A program made the translations under genes and the position numbers. The notes beneath the pieces were generated by a model, which saw only the letters and a list, made by a program, of their open reading frames with translations, was not told the origin of the DNA and made no database searches. From IMG/VR virus record IMGVR_UViG_3300016464_000258, positions 1 through 30,097 of that record: a stretch of 30,097 bases of DNA; one strand, written 5' to 3'. Positions 16,601-24,600 of this stretch are shown in pieces (position 1 is the stretch's first letter; each line of letters begins with the position of its first letter). The DNA comes from a virus (Duplodnaviria; Caudoviricetes).

Positions 16601-18199
16601 ATATATTGGCTTTACGTCAGAAGTTTTAGGGGTCATTTCATAACCCTTATCAACTTGGCTAGCAGCAACTACAGGCTTTGCCCAGGAGTCATTCTCGCTT
16701 TCAGACTTTGTCTTGTTTGGTTCATTTACAGACTTAATCCATTTTCTTAGAAGCGGGTGGTCATACTCTACTGATGTGGGTTCAACAGCTTCTTTCTCTT
16801 CTCCAGAGCTTTGTATCCCATGAGCCGGACCTTCTCCAGCTGCAGAACGCTGAGAGTCAACCCACCCTGCCCAATCATAAAGAAGATTGTGCAAATCATT
16901 AGAAGTCATTGCAGGTAGATCGCCCTTAATAAAAGCTTTAGGTCTATCTATAGGAGATCTAGGTCTACCTAATATTCCAGATGTATCAAGTGGATGAGAG
17001 AAGTCTCCAAGAGGTGGAGCTTCTTTCTTCATTCTTTCTGCGGCTGGTGCAGTATACCCAGCTTTACTTCCACCCTGAGGAGCAAATTTACCGCCACGAT
17101 CTCTTGCTTGCCTTTGTGCATTTTCTGCTCGTTCCTGTGGAGTGTAAATGTTATCTCCAATAGGATCTTCTCCGGCTGCAGTTAGAGATCGATCAATAAT
17201 ATCAAGATCTAGTTCTTGATAAGCCTCGGCTGCTAGCATCGCCTCATCAGCATCAATATCTGCAATAGATACACACTGATCGGGATTTTGTTGGAGTCTG
17301 GCAGAAATTATAATTGCTGAATCTGGATCAATTGATATGTGAGTTTTCTCTACATAATCTTCGTCATCATCGAGCTCTCTATCGTAATCCCAGATAGTCC
17401 CATTTATATTACCTAGGTTGTCCCACTGGCCATCATCCCAAACATAGACGTCTCCAGTAGAAACTACTTTGTAGAGTCGATCAATTCCAGAACCATCCAT
17501 TCTAACTCTTGCTATAAAATCTGGAGCAGACATAGGATCTAAATAAATAGATTTAGTGAAATCTTGAACGTCAGCATCGTAAGTATTTTTTGGTAAATAT
17601 GAATCAAGTTCTGACTCCATATAAGCGTCAGCCTTCATTGCCTTATTCTCTCGCTCAACTATAGCTCTAGCCCAGCTCCAAGCGGTGTCCCCGCCCCACA
17701 AGGCCCATGCGATTCGGCCGTTAGAAGGGAAGTTGTCCTCCCCTGGAGACCAGCCTTTACCTTGCTTATCTACTTCGTGACGCGGGAAATACTTTGCGAT
17801 ATGACGTACTTTCTGTAGGCCTATTTGACCTCCACGAGCAAGAGTACGAGCAGTGTTTAATCCAACAGGAGTTCCACCACGCTTGTGTTCTTTACGCCAT
17901 TCGAGGGCTTTCTTGGCTTCTGCTTGGGCACCTTTTGGGATAGTGTATAAACGATTTGCTGCAGCTAGAATTTTTAAATCTAAATCTATAAGAGCCCCAT
18001 TAGCTAGCTCTAAAACATTTGAAGAAATCTCTTCTTCACTAGGCTGCCAATCTCTAGAAGAAAGTAGGTCCTCTGACTGACCAGTTTGTACCACGAGATT
18101 GACGTCAGTATCAATAACTACGCCCTTATTCTCATAGGTAAATAGGGATAAAGATCCGTCCTTACCAGAGAATGTGGGGGTGTTTTCCGAATCTAACAT
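13661..18199 (-). CDS. Capsid maturation protease, multidomain fusion (1512 aa)
   Basis: Directly upstream of the major capsid gene. Protease-like core: SGDGRQF..LPLPLMWQ..GH.GSVVVGRID..GVSADLD..VTIVPKPAF (about 15505-15915). Second related unit: GRVFGHIAAW..GGHA..GIWVAGALRP..SGDWR..LELVAVCQVNVPGFP (about 14870-15360). Several small accessory modules. GGAGG RBS upstream. Confidence 0.85.
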   Translation of the reverse strand: MLDSENTPTFSGKDGSLSLFTYENKGVVIDTDVNLVVQTGQSEDLLSSRDWQPSEEEISSNVLELANGALIDLDLKILAAANRLYTIPKGAQAEAKKALEWRKEHKRGGTPVGLNTARTLARGGQIGLQKVRHIAKYFPRHEVDKQGKGWSPGEDNFPSNGRIAWALWGGDTAWSWARAIVERENKAMKADAYMESELDSYLPKNTYDADVQDFTKSIYLDPMSAPDFIARVRMDGSGIDRLYKVVSTGDVYVWDDGQWDNLGNINGTIWDYDRELDDDEDYVEKTHISIDPDSAIIISARLQQNPDQCVSIADIDADEAMLAAEAYQELDLDIIDRSLTAAGEDPIGDNIYTPQERAENAQRQARDRGGKFAPQGGSKAGYTAPAAERMKKEAPPLGDFSHPLDTSGILGRPRSPIDRPKAFIKGDLPAMTSNDLHNLLYDWAGWVDSQRSAAGEGPAHGIQSSGEEKEAVEPTSVEYDHPLLRKWIKSVNEPNKTKSESENDSWAKPVVAASQVDKGYEMTPKTSDVKPIYLAIVAQDDPRAVLNLVAIVPESSVSPKPMTYIRKGGKWLRDPRVLNDFKSATPPPVVPLDKATLNDVLLQVDESTQPTTASALMDIDHILTVLWGPNALSAAGGLDRNRGKAEELRRYWTVGKGGLKIRWGTGGDWTRCVRQLEKYLGPRAKGYCALRHREMTGMWTGDKKHRQLYGRKKGGRNVFSTEVLESTDNILVKSEVFAKAHDAKRRVGLTSAAGIITEGLKFKIPLVIPEDMESGDGRQFKKGSLSIRELPLPLMWQMKTAEGHMGSVVVGRIDYMERTSQGIGNAYGVFDTSPYGREVQRLIENGFIKGVSADLDQFEAKEIKNEAAEGDDDLGKSKLSINKARVMAVTIVPKPAFQECKIIIEKTTNTPQEESMIADGIYQDDSDYANAQALIACGIIAGAIPVVPPTEWFDNPKLDKATPITVDDSGRVFGHIAAWNVDHIGLAYGTKPPRSKSNYAYFHTGVVRTTSGKDIPVGQLTLAGGHASLEASAAEAVKHYDDTASAIADVHAGEDAYGIWVAGALRPDAKPEQIRALRASAPSGDWRPIRGSLELVAVCQVNVPGFPIARARVASGAVMALVAAGALPLAKMKLDPTAELAARIERLENLRFVELSSSNSQQKVEDYSSKIAELSARVRDGELTYISREVREGLAKEGKALPDGSFPIRNVEDLRAAIHAYGRAKESKRSAVKKHIIKMAGKLNVRHLIPENWKANSEDVVTASAEDLRARIAAKTSTLEDPVVASADDLQSRVEAVKSRLGKALAADGSAPEEAPVPVMEDNVPVPSEGNKEVIGNPEEEGFKFIPGVNQPRDYAGRFQDVLGRLKLDLGTSGLQDVVDEVSNVEKIYKTGSYEEAADAAQSLIGLLDRIDSNSLTGPSLENVRAASRELGEVIGNLPLPFDDQNAKLRFSDLPPALKNLMTNMVDRVGQKLGEKESKEAVADIEEFMRGGDLFNQADISSVMTRMLRLLT

Positions 18200-18266
18200 C
18201 TAAATAAAATCCTCCATAGGGATGGCAGTTTCAGCATAGGCTAATATAATGCACTAATGCCCTTCT

Positions 18267-18275
18267 ATTGTAGCA
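18267..18275 (-). promoter_or_regulatory. Putative extended -10 promoter (TGcTACAAT) upstream of the protease gene
   Basis: Plus strand attgtagca in the AT-rich intergenic gap 18200-18302. Matches the TGnTAnnnT extended -10 consensus. Confidence 0.55.
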
Positions 18276-18302
18276 GTACTATTATTTAGTCTATTTTAAA
18301 TA

Positions 18303-18668
18303 TTAATTTACTATATCTAACTCTTCAGTTCCAGGCTCGATTGGATCAATGTCAGTCCATTTTGGAGCATTATCTGAGAATGAAATTAGCTCCGGCTCGT
18401 CGCCATAAATTGAAAGAATTGCGTACAAAACTGCATATGGAGATGCTGGACTTTTCATAAGGTGGGGTCCAGACGGGGGTACAGAAAACATTCCATCTTT
18501 AGTTTCCCATTGAATATCTAAAAATATATGTATGTTTTTTATTATACGATCTACATCCTCGGATCCATCAGACTCCAAAAACGGGTGCTCTGGCTTCCAT
18601 GAGCATTGAACACCTTCTATAGAAAAGGTCCACGGATCTACGGGGGCGTTGTAATCTATTTCATCCAT
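18303..18668 (-). CDS. Small acidic hypothetical protein (121 aa), translationally coupled to the giant ORF
   Basis: The ATG overlaps the giant ORF stop (TAATG at 18670-18666). D/E-rich. Confidence 0.8.
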   Translation of the reverse strand: MDEIDYNAPVDPWTFSIEGVQCSWKPEHPFLESDGSEDVDRIIKNIHIFLDIQWETKDGMFSVPPSGPHLMKSPASPYAVLYAILSIYGDEPELISFSDNAPKWTDIDPIEPGTEELDIVN

Positions 18669-21600
18669 TATTTACTTTCCAAATCTGCTAAAGCTAAGAG
18701 CATACCAATACTAAATGCCTTAAAGTCCCAATCTGTAGGACTAGCTATATCTAATCCAAAAACACCAGTTATTTTTTTAGGATTAATTAGATTAGTCATA
18801 GTCTCGTCAGTATACCAAAGTCCAGTTGCAATATCCATGTGAGGATTTTTATAGTATTCTCTCTTACTACCTCTACCGGTAACTACAACTAGTCCCTTTG
18901 GATTAGTAAATCTTCCTATATCTTCTGCACCAAAAAGATCACCCATACCTGTAGTCAAAACTTCAGTAGCATTGTCATTCGAGTGTAGTCTCATATTATT
19001 AGAACTAGAGTCAGGATTGTATTGCTTTACAGTATATGGATCTACCACATTTGCATTCGAAAAACTACTATTGCCATAAACTTTTTCAGTGTCATTCGAG
19101 TAAGGTATTTCAAGTATAGGTTTTATGGTTCCATCTTCATTTCTAACTCTGTCGTAAGTAAAAGCATGTTCTATAGCTCTAATATCAGAATTCATTTCTT
19201 GAATTAAGTGCCAAAACTCGTGAATAAAATCTGATAAAGTGCTTCCTCTAATTATGATATTACCGTTATTCCGGGCAGTATATATGTGAGCTCTAGCTTC
19301 TGACTCTCTAATTCCAATTTTTGGTTGATTATTATTTCCCCTAGGTTTTTTCGAGTTTATGTAATCTTTAATTGACTCTAGAATGTTTTTTGGTATAAAT
19401 TTAAAAGCATCTTCTAATTCTTGTATAGTTTTAGGATTTAACCTTCCAAAAGTTCCAACTCTATTTTCGTAATTATATTTATATTGACTAGAGATGTATC
19501 TAGGGACTGGTTCAACGTTACCGACAACTGGGGACATATCAACCGAGTCAAATTCAACCCCCAGGTCTTCTAACGATTTTTTAACTTCTTCAGCTATGTA
19601 GTCGTGAAGTTTTTTAGCAAACTGCTTTGGGGGTTGAATTTTTGAAGTTTCTTCTCTTAAAGATTTTAATTCTGCAGCCATTTTTTCTAGCTCAGATATG
19701 TCTACCAACCCCTCTTTAATAGCCATGGTAGTTAAAATTCCCTCTAAATAGCTTAATTTATTAGACAGAGCTACTTTTTCACCAGCTAACTCGGTGTAAT
19801 CATCTACAAGATGCCACTTACCCATTCGCCTACGAGCCACGCTTAATTCGTTGAGCGGTTTCCAAACTGATTTTTTTGCACCTGTATCTAAAAGTACTAC
19901 CATCTCTTTATATACACCATCGCCATTAAAATAGTCTCTAATTGACTTCATAAGATTTTCACCTTCAACTAAAGCCATATTAAGAGTTTCTTCACCTACT
20001 AAAGGGTTTTTACCCCACCAGTAGTCATCATTGCTTTTAAGTTTTTGATAAAGTTTTTCCTGGTCCTCGTAAGAAACCGTTTTAAGCGCATTAGCCAATA
20101 GGTTTTCTTTCGTTATTTTAAACTGACCTGATTTTTCTTTTATAATTTCAGACTTTTCTTTAATAGCAAGATCTAGTTCTACTCTGTGCTGATCCGGATC
20201 CATTCCTTCTGGGAGAAGACCTTCTTTTATCATTCTATTTTCAGCGGCTTTTTTAGCCCCACCTAAAATCATTTGGCCGAGGGCAACTACTTTATTTTTT
20301 AATTCAATTGCTGTGTCTGTAGGTTTGTAAGCTTTTCTATCTTTTTCACCTTGAATATCTAACAATTCTTCTTTAGGGATGCTTGTTACACTTGGATCAA
20401 GAGATTTTTTAGATTCTAGCTTTCCGGTATCTTTATTTATATATCTTCTTGATGAGTAGTTTAAAGTTACAAAATTATATATAGGACCCATCGCGATATC
20501 TTTTATAGCCATAATTTCATCTATTGCGGCTACAATTGCTTCTTTGTCCGGGGCTTCGTTGGTTTCTTCTTTGGGGGATGGGCCTTTACCTTTTTTAAGA
20601 GAATCTGCCCATGCTTTACCTTCAGAAGATTTTACAAAAGAATGACGAGGTTTATTAACCTTACCTTGACGACTTAGTTTCAACGCATATTTCCACATTG
20701 CAGTGGCAATACCTTTACGCCTATGCTCTGGATTTACTTCAATAGATTGAACTACACCATCTTCATAAGCCTCTTCATCATTCCACTTAAGTCTTCCTAT
20801 AATCTCACCCGTAGGGATATGAGTAGTAGTTATAACCTGCTCCCCCCACTCCCCTGGGCGAGCATTGTTGCCTTCGTACGAAATTTTATAATCTTTCTTG
20901 TAAATCTCGTTGTTTTCTTCTTTAGGAGAAGGCCCTACATTTTTAATCCAGTCAGAGTTTTCATTGGTGTCATCGATGTTTAGCGGAGTTGATTCTACTG
21001 ACGTATCCAAGCCAATTCCAGGAGCTAGGACGTCTTTTCTGTCAAAGATGTGAATAGGGTGAGCTACCGTTAGCTTATTGAAATCGTTAGGGAATATAGA
21101 CTTATCTACATTTTTCAGTTTCTTTGGACTGAACCCGTCTTCCCATTCAGATGGATCAGTAGGAATTCCTCTGTTAACTACTACAAAAACAGGAACGTAT
21201 TCACGTTTAGTGTCTAAAGCCGCTTTAACTCTGTGGTTTCCTTCTGTAACTACAGCTAGTCCATTTTCTGGGTCATAAGAAACTCTTATTGGTTCATAGA
21301 GTCCTCCCTTAGCTCCGATTCTATAGTCAGGATTTTCTTCAGTATAGTTACCTTTCATAGATCTCAAAACTTCAGGTCTAACGTAACCAATAACTTTATT
21401 CTCTGGACCGACGCCAACGTGCGGGAAGGTGGTATCTGAATTTTCATCTAGTTCTAGTTCAGGATCGTTTTCTTCCATGTAAGCAGTTTGAAGTTTATCT
21501 AATCTATCTTCATAGTCGGAAGATTCTTCTTTTTGAGATGGACCTGTTGAAGGATTTATTCCAGAGTTGTAGTTGAGAAGATCTAGCGTAGACTTCTCAT

Positions 21601-24600
21601 CATTCTGATAAAGATCATTAAAATATTTTTCAATTTGATAAAGAGCTTTTTCTAAAAAGAAATGTCTTTGATTAATTTTATCTTCGTCCATTGCTGTATC
21701 ATCATCTAATTTGTTTTTGTAGGCTGCTGCTAAAACTTTTCTAGGGAATCCACCAAGAAGAACAATTTCTCCCTCTTCAAAAGATCCGAATCCAGCTCCG
21801 GGGAATGCTAAAATTTGACTTGCTGGAACTAAAGTTGCTATAAATAATGGATCTCTAAAATAATTGTCTATCGATTCAGCAGCAAATCCTAAAGCAGTCT
21901 CATCGTGGAATGACCAAGAGGACATCGGTCTTTGAAGTACATTTATCATTCCTATCCCAGAAGACTTGAAATCTGAATCCCCATCTACATCTTTAGCTTC
22001 ACCAACTCCGGTACCTCTGTAGACCCTTACATACTCTACCCCTAAATCCTCTAAAAATTGTTGAGTAACTGTATACATACTTTTTATAAAGTCAGTGTAA
22101 ACTTGAAAATTCATACCATAAGCAAAATCAATTTCTTCTTTATAAGTCTTTCTTAGTTTACGTTCAAAATCTTTTAGTTGCTCGTCTGTCTCATTTTCTA
22201 CATTTTTTTCTACATCTCCAGAACGAGTTGCCCATGTCCCATCTTTCATATCAAAAACTTCAACTGCAGCTTTTTGTAAAAGATCGGAAAGGAATTCATC
22301 ATTCGAGGCTTTAGCCCACTGTTTAATGAAAAGAGCCGATCCAACATATCTCATAGAATCATCTATGTCCGAATTATTTTTAGAAAGAATTTGTATATCC
22401 GTGTCTTTCTTAAATTTATTTAGTATTTTTAGAAGTTTTTCAGGGGTAAAATATGAGTCAGGCTTATTTTCGTCTTCGGATCTTATAAAATACTCCATAG
22501 TAGTTACAAACAAGCCCACATCTTCACTGTCATAGAACATAACTAAAGAATCTTTTTTTAGATTATTTAGATCGGTGTCAAAAGCTCTCATTGCAATTTC
22601 ATAGTCATCCGACTCATCTTCATTTTCTGCCATTAAATTTGATACAAGGTCATCAACCCAAAGTAGATCGCTATCTTCAGCATCGGCTATAGCTCTAAGA
22701 ATATTCTTTGCAGATGATCTCATTTCGGCTCCAATTAATCTAGCTGCAGCTATTTTTAGATCTTTCTCTATCGAACTACTAATACTTAAACCCTTCCACG
22801 TATCAGTAGAAGCCTGATAGTTTTCTGGATCAATATAAATCTCGGCATCCTGATAGTTACTATTTTCATAAAAATCTTCTTGAAGACCGTTAATTAAAGC
22901 AGCCCACTGAGCCTGAAGAATTCTTCCTGGAGTGTCATTTACATTAGTTTCATCTCCTCCATCATCTTCCGGAAGTTCTAATTTAGGAGAGGGGCCTTGG
23001 CTTTTCTTTTTTTCCTTCAAAATTTCTTTAGATTCTCTGCTATCGTGATCATCTGGATTTGGATCTATACTTTTAGAAAACGCAGCTCCCATATTTGACA
23101 AAGTATCGCTATGAACGATATACATAGGAATATATTGTCTAGCTGCAAAAAGAAGTGCTGTGGCCAATCCTCTTCTTTGATATGGAAGATTCGTGTAAAT
23201 TGAATTGATTGCCATTTTACTTTTTACGTTTGGAGAACTTGAATCTACATAACCATCTCTATAGTCAATTTCAGGGTCATCAAAAGATAAAGTTGCAACG
23301 TTAGAACCTTCTATATAACGATTGTCATAACTATCAGATTTAAGAATTTTTTCTATTTCATCTTCATTTTTATTATTTATGTCAACTGCAAAAACAAAAG
23401 ATCTTTCAATTCTATCGTCAACGTCAGTTATAATTAAATATTTTCTACCGTACTGGTCTGTATATCTGTTTTGATATCTTTCAATTCTAGCTCCATTAGA
23501 TGGAACATAGTCTTTAACTTCTACGCTAGGTTCAAATCCGTTTTCGTCAAATCTTTCAGAAATAGTAGAACTATTAGTTTTTGAGTCAGGGTTATATTTA
23601 GCACTAGCACCTAGAAAATTTCTAACTTTACTTTCCTTGCTATTTTTTATTGTCTGTTTTGCAGATTTATACTCTTCAGAATCTTTAGGATATTTATTTA
23701 ATATTTCTTCATATCTAGCAATAATATCGTCGTGATATTTGAATACCGTTAAATCTCTTTCAGGTATAGGAGTTCCATCAGGAAATGTAGTTGGGTTAAA
23801 ATTAAAAGCTTTTTCAACATCTAAGTTCGGGTCAGACGGATCAAAAGGCTCCGGTAAAAATTCTTCTTTCTGAGAGGGACCCTGACTTTGCTCGTTTTCT
23901 CTCTCTTCAAGCGCCTTTTTCTGTATATCTTTTGACTTTGAGTGAGTGTGAACATCTGGATTTGCCTGGTCAACCGAGTTAGAGAATGCAAAACCATTCT
24001 TAGTCAATGCGCTAGAGTGCTCTATCGGAGAGCCAGATCTTTGTCTTGCTATGTATAGTAAAGCTGTAGCTAGTCCTCTTCTCTTGTACCTATCAAAAGT
24101 GATGATCATACCTATCATGTCACCCCTTACATCTAAGTACGAAGAAGAATCATACTTCTCTTTAGCATCTAAATCATTAAAATCATACTTTTCTTTGTCA
24201 TGAGCTGTAGCTAATATATCTTGATTACCATCTAAGACTCTGGTAACAATCCAATACTCTCTTCCATACTTATCAGTAAATTCATCAATATACTGTTTGT
24301 ATATTGACCCATCCGCAAAGTTGTAAAACGGAGTATTGTTCATTACAGTTTTAGTTGATGGAGTTTGATCTCTAAGGGTGACCTGATCCTTTATTGTCTC
24401 AACGTTGGTTTTAGAGTTAACGTTAGGTTTTGCAATAATACCTTCATAAACAGCTCTTCTATTGGCTCTCTTTGCATTTATCGTAGTTTTGCCTGTTGCA
24501 TTATTTATTGCATCTTCAGCAATATCCATCAGCTGCTGATCATCCCAGTTAAATGGAGATCCATCTGGCATTTTAGTGTAGTCATAGATTGAGTCGTAGT

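Noticed and set aside
20936-21523. ParB as a plasmid/prophage partition system
   Set aside because: Only the catalytic-type motif is present, embedded in a polyprotein. No parA, HTH region or parS-like repeats were seen.
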